In this document: positions 7,992 to 17,226 of the stretch, piece after piece | Layout: every line of letters begins with the position of its first letter | Numbering within the stretch: position 1 is the first letter of the stretch | Origin: a virus | Direction: 5' to 3' (one strand) | IMG/VR virus record: IMGVR_UViG_3300027970_002011 | Span: 1-64,000 of that record | Length of the DNA stretch: 64,000 nucleotides | Notes under the pieces: generated by a model | What the model was told of the DNA's origin: nothing | The model's database searches: none | Seen by the model: only the letters and a program-made list of their open reading frames with translations | Made by a program: the position numbers and the translations under genes

Positions 7992-8420
7992 TCAATCTTT
8001 TTCAAAAATATTTTGTAAAATTGTTTTTAAATACACTCCTGTATCCATATTATTGACTTTGTCCAATCCAAAATACCCACATTCAGTATGTTCATGTCCA
8101 TCTTGAGCAGTTTCAAGGTTAGGGTACATATACTCGTGAGTATTCAACAAATAAACATACATCATACCTTTTATACTACCGTCTGTCTTTTTCTTTTTTG
8201 GTAGTATACCCACAAAATCTAAATCATAGTTATCTATGTTAATATCGGTCTCTTCGTAAAACTCTCTATATGCAGCTTCTTTAGTTGATTCATCTTTTTC
8301 AATGTGTCCTGAAGGAATTGACCACATATTAGGGTAAGATGACTTGCCGTTTCTTTTGCACAACAAACATTCACCGTTAACTTTAACGACCACACCACTC
8401 AACCTTTTATAATTTTCCAT
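7992..8420 (-). CDS. NUDIX hydrolase
   Basis: Nudix box GHIEKDESTKEAAYREFYEETDI. Confidence 0.92.
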   Translation of the reverse strand: MENYKRLSGVVVKVNGECLLCKRNGKSSYPNMWSIPSGHIEKDESTKEAAYREFYEETDINIDNYDLDFVGILPKKKKTDGSIKGMMYVYLLNTHEYMYPNLETAQDGHEHTECGYFGLDKVNNMDTGVYLKTILQNIFEKD

Positions 8421-8431
8421 ATTTATAAATA
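8420..8431. promoter_or_regulatory. Palindromic back-to-back TATTTATA motif serving divergent genes
   Basis: tatttataaata occupies most of the 14-bp gap between ATG 8420(-) and ATG 8435(+). Confidence 0.6.
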
Positions 8432-8434
8432 ATC

Positions 8435-8785
8435 ATGAAAGTTAAAATAGACGATAACACCTTTAATGTAAAGGTTATGGACGATTACCGTAAACGTGCT
8501 GAGGGTATGATGAACAAAACTTTTAACGAATATTTTAACGGTATGTTGTTTCTGATGACCGACCATACTAATTGTTTTTGGATGAAAAATTGTATAATAC
8601 CTTTAGATATTATCTACATTGACGACCAAATCATATCAAAGGTTCACCACAATTGTCCACCATGTGTTGATGAAGACTGTGAGAGTTACTGTGGTAGAGG
8701 TTATATTATATTGGAAATTGAAGGTGGTACTTGTAAAAGTTTTAATATTAAAAAAGGAGATTCTGTTAAGTTTCTCGTTGATTAA
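8435..8785 (+). CDS. DUF192 family protein
   Basis: GMLF...FWMKNCIIPLDIIYID...ILEIEGG. Confidence 0.88.
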   Translation: MKVKIDDNTFNVKVMDDYRKRAEGMMNKTFNEYFNGMLFLMTDHTNCFWMKNCIIPLDIIYIDDQIISKVHHNCPPCVDEDCESYCGRGYIILEIEGGTCKSFNIKKGDSVKFLVD

Positions 8786-10194
8786 TTTTCCTTTTTACTT
8801 TCCTGAATTTTTTCCTTTAAGACTTTAAAGAACTCTTGTCCAATCATCTTAACAAATTTGATGTATGGTGCGTCATCTCTTTCAGGGTCATATCTATATG
8901 GTCCTGATGGTGGTCTTTGTGCTCTACCCAAATAATTAAGTCCCGAAATATTGGTAATACATTTGTGTCCACCTGAATTGGCTTGAATCAAATCCCAAGC
9001 ATTTACACCAATCTTATCCAACAATTTCATTTCAGGTTCACTTAACTCTGAGAATGGTTTGTCAATGATTGTTTTTAAACTATCTAATATTTGTTCTCCA
9101 TTATCCATCATCATAATCTTACCACCATAAATGGCATCAAAATCTTTGAATGTGAATCCAACTGATTCTGTACCCATACCTGATTCTGCAATGTATTTGA
9201 TTGTTGATAATGGAATTGTTCTATCTTGAAGTTGTGCTTTCCACTTATTCAAAACCTCGTCTTTAACTTCTCCAAGATTTACACCTTTGAGCTCTCTATC
9301 TTTTTTGAATGGATTACAAGATGCTTGTACCAAACCCAAAGGCCACATGATAATCAAAAAGTCCGCCTCAGGATTGTTTCTAAAAGGAGTATATCTGTCG
9401 TAAGAACCAGTACCTTTCAAAGTTCCCATACCATATTGAAGAATGATTCCATCTTCAACTTTCACATTTCGGTGATTTGCCATTGAGTCCATATAGTCTT
9501 TGGAATTTCTTTGGAGTCTTTCAGGTGTCTCGCGAGTGTTCACACTCATCCAAGTCTTTATGTTATTAAGAATTGAATAAAGTGACGGCTCAGAGTCCAT
9601 CACTAAACTCTCTAAGAAACCTTTTTTGTTTTTAAACGCCAAGAGTAATTTGTTAGTCACTAACCCTAACAACATTTTGTTTCTCGCCAAACCTTTTTCC
9701 TTGTCTAATCTAAATAAAAAGTTAACAACTTCTTTTGTTGTTAAGTCATATTTTGCAAAATCAGCAGAGTCAACAGTAGAAATCAACAGAATGTCTGAAC
9801 TTGGGAACAATTCTTTTGGTGAAATTATTTGAGATATAGTCTCAACATTTGAACGGGCTTGTCTAAATGATTTTGAAGCATCTTTTTCAGCACCTACTTG
9901 AGTATCGTGGTGGTCTGTATGAATAACAAACATCGGTTTACCGTGAGCAAAATCTACTAACACGGGCATTACATCACCACTAGCATCAGGTTTCTTTACT
10001 GCAAACTCTTTTTCACCATATTGGATAACCTCAGAATCTACAACATCAATACCATTATCCTCAAGGTATTTCTTCATAGCAATTGCTGTGGTAACACCAT
10101 CTAAATCTTGGTGAAAATATATTTTAGCCTTTGGGTACCTTTTTGCCAAAGCATTAATATCACGTAAACCCGATTCTTTAATAATTTTTTTCAT
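8782..10194 (-). CDS. DHH-family phosphoesterase
   Basis: YFHQDLDG, VLVDF, HTDHH and C-terminal SGGH; likely start at ATG 10194 (TGATG coupling). Confidence 0.8.
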   Translation of the reverse strand: MKKIIKESGLRDINALAKRYPKAKIYFHQDLDGVTTAIAMKKYLEDNGIDVVDSEVIQYGEKEFAVKKPDASGDVMPVLVDFAHGKPMFVIHTDHHDTQVGAEKDASKSFRQARSNVETISQIISPKELFPSSDILLISTVDSADFAKYDLTTKEVVNFLFRLDKEKGLARNKMLLGLVTNKLLLAFKNKKGFLESLVMDSEPSLYSILNNIKTWMSVNTRETPERLQRNSKDYMDSMANHRNVKVEDGIILQYGMGTLKGTGSYDRYTPFRNNPEADFLIIMWPLGLVQASCNPFKKDRELKGVNLGEVKDEVLNKWKAQLQDRTIPLSTIKYIAESGMGTESVGFTFKDFDAIYGGKIMMMDNGEQILDSLKTIIDKPFSELSEPEMKLLDKIGVNAWDLIQANSGGHKCITNISGLNYLGRAQRPPSGPYRYDPERDDAPYIKFVKMIGQEFFKVLKEKIQESKKEN

Positions 10195-10601
10195 CAATCC
10201 CAACCAAAATAATGTGCAATTTTATCAAATAAATCACCGTAATCAGAAATACACTGTTTGAATATTACTTTATCCTTGTCAGGCATCGCATCCATAGTGT
10301 CTTCACCCCACACACCATCAGCAGGATAAACATCAATCATTGACTGGTATTTGACAATTGCCTGAGCACTTTTTGATTTTGGGTAGTTACCGATTGAACC
10401 GTCAATTTTCAACGGTTGACCGGCATCATCCCTAACACCTTTTTTATTTAAAAAACATTGGATTCCACAATTGTAATTGTATCGTTCAATAGTGGTCATA
10501 CCATTATTGAAATCTTCTTTCAAATATTGTCTTGAGGTTGCTTCAATGTGCATGCCAAGAATTCTACTCTTTTCTTCCTCTGTTATTACAAACTTTTTCA
10601 T
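10194..10601 (-). CDS. Protein with peptidoglycan-binding-like domain
   Basis: IDGSIG...AIVKYQ...ADGVWGEDT resembles PG_binding_1. Confidence 0.6.
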   Translation of the reverse strand: MKKFVITEEEKSRILGMHIEATSRQYLKEDFNNGMTTIERYNYNCGIQCFLNKKGVRDDAGQPLKIDGSIGNYPKSKSAQAIVKYQSMIDVYPADGVWGEDTMDAMPDKDKVIFKQCISDYGDLFDKIAHYFGWD

Positions 10602-10602
10602 A

Positions 10603-10974
10603 TTAATATTTAAGAGTTAATAAATATTTTAATTTGTTAACTAATCTTAACATCTCATCTCTAAGATTTAATAAATCAGTATCAAATTTTGAGTTCAGAC
10701 CTTCAGTCATTGAAAACAAAAACTCACATATTCCATCAATAAAATTTTGCATAGATAATTTATTTATATCTTGAAACATTATTGAAAATTCTGCAGGAAA
10801 CTCAGGTCTCCCATATTTTCCCATCATGGCTTCAACAAAGTCATCAATCAAAACACCTAAACCTTCGTAAATGTCTCCGTATGCTTTATGTTTAGCATCA
10901 AACGTAGTTTGCCAATGTAAAAATCTAAATTGATTTTGAACTTGGACTAATTTTAAAATATATTCTTCTTTCAT
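10603..10974 (-). CDS. Ferritin/Dps-like four-helix protein (DUF5856-like)
   Basis: LHWQT...HKAYG.IYE...IDDFVEAMMGKYGR...NLRDEM...KLKYLLTL. Confidence 0.8.
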   Translation of the reverse strand: MKEEYILKLVQVQNQFRFLHWQTTFDAKHKAYGDIYEGLGVLIDDFVEAMMGKYGRPEFPAEFSIMFQDINKLSMQNFIDGICEFLFSMTEGLNSKFDTDLLNLRDEMLRLVNKLKYLLTLKY

Positions 10975-11966
10975 TATACTGGACTCATTAATCTTGTTAA
11001 TGCTGACGTAATCGGCGACATGGATATTTTTTCACCCGTAGCAGCTAAACTCTGTGGTGATACTTGAGTTGTTGTAGTTCCACCCAACTCAGTTTTTAAT
11101 GCTTCTTGACCTTCAGGAGTTGATTCATACTGTTTCATCGCAGCTAACATCTGTTCCTTACTCATCATACCTGAAAGTTCTTCAGGTCCAACAAAATTAC
11201 CAAGACCTAAAAAATCCAAAAATCCGAGATAGAATTTTGTTTGACCCATTAGTACTCTTGTTCTTAGAGAACTTTTCCCAAACAGGTCAGAGAATCTACC
11301 AAACCCAAGACCACCACCATAAAGGAATCTTTGAAGGATGTTTGGTTTACCTAATATTGCCGGGTCCATAAACTTTTCTCTTTTCAAAGCAGATTCTAAA
11401 CCTTGAACCAATTTCATTTGTTCTTGAGGTGTTTTGTTTACCATTAAACGTCTAACACCCATGGACCTTTTTGACGCACTACTAAATAAGTTTGACCAAC
11501 TCTGAAGAGCTTTTTTAAATCCTGATAATAATCCTCCCATATTCGGAATTTTATCAATTACTGTGTCAACTCTTGAAGTCCAATTCTGAGCGGTTTTAAA
11601 TAATTTGTTTGCAGGTCCTTCAACTTTTTCTAACATCTTAAGATTCTTAAGAGCCAATTCAGTATTACCAGCATTAATGGCTTTTTCAGCATTTCTAAGG
11701 TACTTAGTCCCTTGACTTCCGGCTTTCATAGTTCCCATAGCAGTTTTACCAACCGCATCACCAATATATGGTACTGCAGATATTAAAGACAAAAACGCAA
11801 ATAGGGTATCACCCTGTCTATAATAAGAAATGGCATTTACAAAGTCAGTAATTCCTGTCGGGTCAACAATACCCAAAATATCCAAAACATTATTGTACCA
11901 CTTCTCTTCAGTTAGTCTCTGTTTTAGATTGTTAAGTTGTATTTCCGTTAATACTATTTCACCCAT
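10974..11966 (-). CDS. Putative virion protein with pre-toxin TG-like hydrophobic hairpin
   Basis: LDILGIVDPTGITDFVNAISYYRQGD...LSLISAVPYIG; start moved to ATG 11966, downstream of TATTTATA at 11988-11995. Confidence 0.6.
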   Translation of the reverse strand: MGEIVLTEIQLNNLKQRLTEEKWYNNVLDILGIVDPTGITDFVNAISYYRQGDTLFAFLSLISAVPYIGDAVGKTAMGTMKAGSQGTKYLRNAEKAINAGNTELALKNLKMLEKVEGPANKLFKTAQNWTSRVDTVIDKIPNMGGLLSGFKKALQSWSNLFSSASKRSMGVRRLMVNKTPQEQMKLVQGLESALKREKFMDPAILGKPNILQRFLYGGGLGFGRFSDLFGKSSLRTRVLMGQTKFYLGFLDFLGLGNFVGPEELSGMMSKEQMLAAMKQYESTPEGQEALKTELGGTTTTQVSPQSLAATGEKISMSPITSALTRLMSPV

Positions 11967-11997
11967 TTTTTGAATATAAACACTAATTATAAATACT

Positions 11998-12150
11998 ATG
12001 ATACAACTTAATATAAAGGTTGGTGACACAATTTTGATGGGTAGATTTAAAAATAAAAAGGTGATAGTAAAAACTATCACCCTTGACCAACATGGTTTAC
12101 CATTGGTGAACGGAAAACCAATTTGTAATTTTAGATATACGAAAGATTAA
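11998..12150 (+). CDS. 50-aa beta-rich hypothetical protein
   Basis: Hand translation MIQLNIKVGDTILMGRFKNKKVIVKTITLDQHGLPLVNGKPICNFRYTKD; fills the gap once the neighbour's start is corrected. Confidence 0.65.
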   Translation: MIQLNIKVGDTILMGRFKNKKVIVKTITLDQHGLPLVNGKPICNFRYTKD

Positions 12151-12192
12151 AATGTCCAGTTTTTTTGTTAAAAAACAAGACATTTATATTAT

Positions 12193-13059
12193 TTAGGATT
12201 TTTCAGGAAATTCTAAAACCTGTTGTCTTTTTTGTTGAACAAAGAATCCAACCCTTTCTTTTGCCACTTTAGCGTAGTTAGAACTGATTTCAATACCAAT
12301 CCAACGACGGTCTAAAGTTTCTGCCGCAACCATAGTTGTACCTGAACCAGCAAACGGGTCAAGGACAATATCATTCTTATATGTGAGAATCTTAATTGCC
12401 TTGGTTGGGATGTCCATTGAGAAGGTCGCCTTTGTCAATGAACGAGTATCGGCAAAATAATTCCACTGTCCAAATACCAAATCAATAAACTCACGTTTCT
12501 GTTGTTCGGTATACATCATCTTGGCTCTCATGTTACCGTCTTTACCTTCAACCTCACCCATCTCACCAACCCATTCAGGTTGTCCTTTAACAATCTTAAT
12601 ATGTTTCTTCTTGTATGCCAAGATAACACACTCCTTTGGATTATAGATGTAAGGTGCCGAGGGACTCATCCATGACCCCCACGCTGTGGTACGACTTCTG
12701 TGTGGTGATTCCTCTTCAAGGTCCACAACTCCGAAGAACTTGTAACCAATCTGTTTCATAATTTGCCATATCTCACTTAACATGAAGATTCTTCCGCCCT
12801 TGGCTTGTCGGTTAATCTCATACGGGATATTTAAAGCAATCCTACCGTCATCTTTCAACACACGGTATGCTTGTTCCATCCACGACTGTGTGAATTTTGA
12901 ATATTCTTCCCAAACCATATCGTCATCGTGAACATCATAATCAATCCCAACACCATATGGTGGTGATGTTACAATCAAATCTACAGACCCTTCTTCCATG
13001 GTCTTCATCACTTCAATACAATCTCCGTTTACTATTTTTCCTAAATAATTTTCTGTCAT
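12193..13059 (-). CDS. DNA N4-cytosine/N6-adenine methyltransferase (beta class)
   Basis: VTSPPY near the N-terminus; VLDPFAGSGTT near the C-terminus. Confidence 0.93.
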   Translation of the reverse strand: MTENYLGKIVNGDCIEVMKTMEEGSVDLIVTSPPYGVGIDYDVHDDDMVWEEYSKFTQSWMEQAYRVLKDDGRIALNIPYEINRQAKGGRIFMLSEIWQIMKQIGYKFFGVVDLEEESPHRSRTTAWGSWMSPSAPYIYNPKECVILAYKKKHIKIVKGQPEWVGEMGEVEGKDGNMRAKMMYTEQQKREFIDLVFGQWNYFADTRSLTKATFSMDIPTKAIKILTYKNDIVLDPFAGSGTTMVAAETLDRRWIGIEISSNYAKVAKERVGFFVQQKRQQVLEFPEKS

Positions 13060-13060
13060 T

Positions 13061-13261
13061 TTAATATATTGTTACCTTATGTCCCCTAACAATAATAGGA
13101 TTTTCTGTTTCAAATTCCAACCAAGCTTGATTATTATCAATAAAAGTTTTTGTTTTAACCGACACTTCAAATTCAACACAGTTGATGGAAAGTTTTTTAT
13201 CCTCGGATTGTATTACCCAACCATCTAAAATTGAACCTCTTGCTGCTAATTTATATTTCAT
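13061..13261 (-). CDS. Hypothetical protein (probable paralogue of the next gene)
   Basis: Tightly packed ORF with a W-x14-EF pattern. Confidence 0.65.
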   Translation of the reverse strand: MKYKLAARGSILDGWVIQSEDKKLSINCVEFEVSVKTKTFIDNNQAWLEFETENPIIVRGHKVTIY

Positions 13262-13476
13262 TATTCAATAACCAAACAATAATCTTCAAGGGTAATTTTT
13301 TTAGCATCACAAGTAATATGACCTGTTTCTCTACCATCATCCCTATACCCAATAGAAGAGTTTATCTGACACAGAAATTCTATTGAATCAACTTTTAAGA
13401 GTTGTTTATCAATAAACACTTTCCATGGTCTGTCTCCGTTTTTGTGGTTTGAATTATATCTTGCCTCAACCAGCAT
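13261..13476 (-). CDS. Hypothetical protein
   Basis: Tightly packed ORF with a W-x14-EF pattern. Confidence 0.65.
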   Translation of the reverse strand: MLVEARYNSNHKNGDRPWKVFIDKQLLKVDSIEFLCQINSSIGYRDDGRETGHITCDAKKITLEDYCLVIE

Positions 13477-13690
13477 TTTCTATGTTATCAATCTTTCTTT
13501 GAAGATACCAAAGAGCCTTTTTTAAGTCTTGTAATTCTTTATCACTACCTTTCTTACCAGCCCTTGAGATATACTTCACCGTATTCCCAAGATGGAAGTC
13601 AAGTTCCCACGCCTCAATTACTTTGATAACTTCATACACATTATCCTCACCGCCATAATGAGCTGGGTGATTTACCATTTCATTACTCAT
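13466..13690 (-). CDS. DUF3310 family protein
   Basis: VNHPAHY...FHLGNTVKYISRAGKK...DLKKALWYL. Confidence 0.9.
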   Translation of the reverse strand: MSNEMVNHPAHYGGEDNVYEVIKVIEAWELDFHLGNTVKYISRAGKKGSDKELQDLKKALWYLQRKIDNIENAG

Positions 13691-13905
13691 TTTAGTGTAA
13701 AATAATAATCTTTAATTTTAATTGATTTAGTATAACCATGTCTAACCGAAAAAAGAGGTTCTTTTGTCCAACCTACTTTAAATCCAAGTATTGACATCCA
13801 ACCATTCTTTTCACCATTCACATATGAATATAGGTATTTTTCCCCAAATTTCAAATGTGTCTCACGAGCAATCTTAGCTCTGATTTTGTACAGTTTGAAC
13901 GACAT
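13687..13905 (-). CDS. Hypothetical protein
   Basis: Overlapping ORF within the operon. Confidence 0.55.
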   Translation of the reverse strand: MSFKLYKIRAKIARETHLKFGEKYLYSYVNGEKNGWMSILGFKVGWTKEPLFSVRHGYTKSIKIKDYYFTLK

Positions 13906-14074
13906 AATATTTTGACGACAATGGAGATTCTATTATCAAACCTTCTTCAACAAGGTCATCCAATTCTTTTTGTGTTGTCTCTAAATCTTCCTTCAAAATG
14001 TATTTTGAAATGTAGGAGATGTGTAGAGGTTGACGTAGTTTAGAGAGTAAACTATTTAGTTTTTTTCCTTCCAT
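13874..14074 (-). CDS. Small winged-helix-like protein
   Basis: HISYISKYIL...LDDLVEEGLI pattern. Confidence 0.55.
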   Translation of the reverse strand: MEGKKLNSLLSKLRQPLHISYISKYILKEDLETTQKELDDLVEEGLIIESPLSSKYYVVQTVQNQS

Positions 14075-14285
14075 AAGATTTCTTCTCTACTTCTTTTGAT
14101 TTCTTTTTCTTGGTGTCTTCTTCGTGAATTACTTCCTTTTCACCGGTAGACCCCTTGAACTCTGATTTTGGAATGAAGGTCCAATAACCTGTGGACACTC
14201 TTTGGTCAGCATCTTTGTCAGATACACGAAGCATATGACCGAGAGCATACCTTCCGAATTGTTTTGTTGTTTTAATACATTTCAT
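14052..14285 (-). CDS. Hypothetical protein with basic tail
   Basis: Operon-coupled ORF. Confidence 0.65.
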   Translation of the reverse strand: MKCIKTTKQFGRYALGHMLRVSDKDADQRVSTGYWTFIPKSEFKGSTGEKEVIHEEDTKKKKSKEVEKKSYGRKKTK

Positions 14286-14491
14286 AGAAATAAATTTTGG
14301 TTTTGTTTTTTAAGTGTGTAAAAGATTTGGGTTTCATCATGACCCTGTTGAAATAGATTAAAAACATCAGATGATAAGGTATCCATAAAAATAAAAGCAT
14401 CAACCCTCGGAGAGAACAAAGTCTTCAAATCGGAATTTTCCAAATGAACTTTCACTTTCTTTTGGTCTACGAATCGTTTTGTGAATCCCAT
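14282..14491 (-). CDS. Hypothetical protein
   Basis: ATGA-coupled ORF. Confidence 0.65.
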   Translation of the reverse strand: MGFTKRFVDQKKVKVHLENSDLKTLFSPRVDAFIFMDTLSSDVFNLFQQGHDETQIFYTLKKQNQNLFL

Positions 14492-14500
14492 GAAACAAAA

Positions 14501-15286
14501 TTAGGAAATAATTTTTAAACTGTCAAACGATTCCCAATCTTCTTTTGGAACACTTTGAAGGATATACGCCAATAGTTTTCTCTTTAACATCGGAACCAAA
14601 GTCTGTTCAAATGGAAAATTCTCATTGGTATTTACCTCAAATATCGGTAACTTGGTGAAATCCACCAAGTCCTTCCACGATGTTGCATCTTTAACTAACG
14701 TGGTAACTCGTTGACCTTGAGGGTCACCACTCCATACCATATCAAAATAAATCTTGGCGTCTGATTTGGTTCTTTTCATCTTTCTGATTGAATACTCCCA
14801 CAAAAATACTTGTTTCTTACTTTTGTTGGGATAATAGATGTATCCGTGACCAACCCCCATGTTGTCTTTGTTTTTCTTTAGATTGATGGTTGTTGATTCA
14901 TATACTATGGACCAAATGGACTTCCCAATATTAAAGGTGTCCATCAATCTGTTACCAGAAAAAACCAATGTCTTTTCTAACTCACCAAAATCACTGTCTT
15001 GTAGTTCGGGTAACTTAAGTGGTTGAAGTTCTTTCAAAAGAATCTCATCATCACAAGATTCAAATTTCTTTTTTGTTTGTAGTAATCTTTTTTCTTTAAC
15101 TAAAGATTGAACATTTGCTAAGTGAAGTGCCAACTCAACAAAATCAGGATAAATTTTAAACTCGTCAAAATTTTCCTCACATTTTTGAATGTAATTAAGT
15201 AAGGTATATTTGTTATATTCAAAATCTATTGGTTGCGAGAGCATCCAATCAGGATTTAATTTAAATGATTTTTTCTTCCTCGCCAT
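14501..15286 (-). CDS. Hypothetical protein
   Basis: 261-aa ORF (PIDFEYNKYTLLNYIQ...YPDF). Confidence 0.8.
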   Translation of the reverse strand: MARKKKSFKLNPDWMLSQPIDFEYNKYTLLNYIQKCEENFDEFKIYPDFVELALHLANVQSLVKEKRLLQTKKKFESCDDEILLKELQPLKLPELQDSDFGELEKTLVFSGNRLMDTFNIGKSIWSIVYESTTINLKKNKDNMGVGHGYIYYPNKSKKQVFLWEYSIRKMKRTKSDAKIYFDMVWSGDPQGQRVTTLVKDATSWKDLVDFTKLPIFEVNTNENFPFEQTLVPMLKRKLLAYILQSVPKEDWESFDSLKIIS

Positions 15287-15313
15287 TTACATAAGAATAA
15301 AACACCATTTTAT

Positions 15314-16342
15314 TTATTCAACTCTTATGATAAAATAATAAACACCCTCTACTTTTTGTTCATCAACTTTACCATCATAAAGAGACATTATCTCATAACC
15401 ATCACTATCAATCCACCCTTCAATCAAATCATCTTCATAAATAAAGTATGAAAGTCCTAAATCCCATTCCCTAATAAAACTTAAAGTATCGTCCATAGCA
15501 TCACTTACCCTCCCATCAATCACTTGATTAATTAAATCATCAGGAAAATCACCTTCGGGACTTTCTTCTATTTCTTCTATCTTTTGCTCAAACTCATAGA
15601 TGGCATTATTTTCCAATTGGGATATTTTATTTTCAAATACCCCACGTAATTCTCTTGGCGATTTTTCCATTAATTGTTGTAAATTAACAATCTCACCCCT
15701 AACTTTTTCAATCTGATAATTCAAATACTTTATTTCATTATCTTGAACATATGAAGTTTCTCTTTGTGACTTGTCCAACCAACTTTCAGGGTCTTGGTAA
15801 ATCAAGTCATTATACATGTCCTCAGCATATCTTTGAACACTATCATCATCAATATAATTTTCAAGAAAATTGTTTGAGAAAAAATTTATACCTTCACTCT
15901 CAATCATTTCTTTTGCGTATTCCTCAGCAGACCACTTCACTTCTTTTTCATTACCTATAGCATATTGGCTATTATCCCATGAAGTTTCAAAAATTTCCAT
16001 ATTACTATAGAATTCTTCATTTTTTGGGATGATATCATACACATCATAATAATCATTAAACTCAGATAACTCTTCATCAATTTGTTCTAACTGTTGTTGT
16101 AAACTAGTCTTTAACCCTTGGGTGTCATTTTGCATTTCATCTTCAATTTGACTTTTTCTTAACTCAAGTTGTCTTTTTCTTTCTTTACCTTGTTCATCCA
16201 ACGCATTTATCTCATTACTATAGACCAAATGGTCAAATAAAGCGTGCGCCATTAACCCTTCTTTAGGACAATCAGGTCCCAATTTCCAAAGGTCCTTGTC
16301 TCTTCTTAATTCCGCACTGATATTATTTACTTCTGAACTCAT
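15314..16342 (-). CDS. Acidic coiled-coil hypothetical protein
   Basis: ORF track 15314..16384; likely start at ATG 16342, after TATTTAT at 16351-16357. Confidence 0.75.
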   Translation of the reverse strand: MSSEVNNISAELRRDKDLWKLGPDCPKEGLMAHALFDHLVYSNEINALDEQGKERKRQLELRKSQIEDEMQNDTQGLKTSLQQQLEQIDEELSEFNDYYDVYDIIPKNEEFYSNMEIFETSWDNSQYAIGNEKEVKWSAEEYAKEMIESEGINFFSNNFLENYIDDDSVQRYAEDMYNDLIYQDPESWLDKSQRETSYVQDNEIKYLNYQIEKVRGEIVNLQQLMEKSPRELRGVFENKISQLENNAIYEFEQKIEEIEESPEGDFPDDLINQVIDGRVSDAMDDTLSFIREWDLGLSYFIYEDDLIEGWIDSDGYEIMSLYDGKVDEQKVEGVYYFIIRVE

Positions 16343-16408
16343 TACAATTGATAAATATTCGGAGATGTCTATATTTATAGTCAATAAACCTTTAATTTAG
16401 ATAAACTC

Positions 16409-16996
16409 GTGAATTGTGGTATCTATAAAATAACTAATGTAGTAACCAATAAAGTTTATATTGGTAGTAGTTTGAATTTATCTAAAAGGGAGTACAAACA
16501 TTTTTGGATGTTGGATAAAGGTTTACATGATAATTCTTACATTCAAAAGTCATATACTAAACACGGTAAAGATAGTTTTAAATTTGAAGTTATTGAGTAT
16601 TGTGAGTCTTTTAAATTGATTGATAAAGAAAATTATTATATTAATTATTATAATTCAAACGATAGTCGTTTTGGTTACAATTTAGCTATCGTAAATGAGT
16701 TTAGACGAAATACCTACAATGATGAAGTTAAAATTAAATTATCAAAATATAATTTAGAAAAAAACGGAAATTTTGATAAATATTCATTAACAAATATTGA
16801 AACTAACGAGTCATTTATTTTTGAATCATTAGTTGATGGCGCAAACTATTTAATAATGAATGGATTTACCAATGGTAGTCCAAGAAATGTTAGAATGAAA
16901 ATCTCAAACTCATTAAGAGAGAAAAAAGTTAATAATGGTTACAACGGTTCCATAAGAAAAACTTGTTATAAACATAAATTCAAAATAATAAACTAA
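16409..16996 (+). CDS. GIY-YIG homing endonuclease (free-standing)
   Basis: CGIYKITN...VYIGSS...R...E...GYN; low GC. Confidence 0.92.
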   Translation: MNCGIYKITNVVTNKVYIGSSLNLSKREYKHFWMLDKGLHDNSYIQKSYTKHGKDSFKFEVIEYCESFKLIDKENYYINYYNSNDSRFGYNLAIVNEFRRNTYNDEVKIKLSKYNLEKNGNFDKYSLTNIETNESFIFESLVDGANYLIMNGFTNGSPRNVRMKISNSLREKKVNNGYNGSIRKTCYKHKFKIIN

Positions 16997-17014
16997 ATTT
17001 AAAACTAACAAATT

Positions 17015-17161
17015 ATGGGTGGATGCGGCTGTAAAAACAAAAACAACACTAACACAAATCAGATTCAAGCGCCAGTGGTTAAACCCCAGGCTCAACCTGT
17101 TAATGAAAACATCAAAGATGCCATTAAAAGAACAGTAGAAAAGTATTACGTAAAGAAATAA
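17015..17161 (+). CDS. 48-aa protein MGGCGCKNK...VEKYYVKK
   Basis: Hand-translated; A-rich leader, followed by a terminator. Confidence 0.7.
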   Translation: MGGCGCKNKNNTNTNQIQAPVVKPQAQPVNENIKDAIKRTVEKYYVKK

Positions 17162-17185
17162 ACTAATCTGAGATGTTTTTTAGTG

Positions 17186-17212
17186 AAGGGTAGAGAAATC
17201 TACCCTTTTTTT
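17186..17212 (+). terminator. Intrinsic terminator
   Basis: aagggtaga-gaaa-tctaccctt followed by a T run. Confidence 0.85.
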
Positions 17213-17226
17213 ATATTTATGAAAAT

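Noticed and set aside
12193-13059. Restriction-modification system
   Set aside because: No cognate restriction enzyme is evident; orphan methylases are common in large phages.
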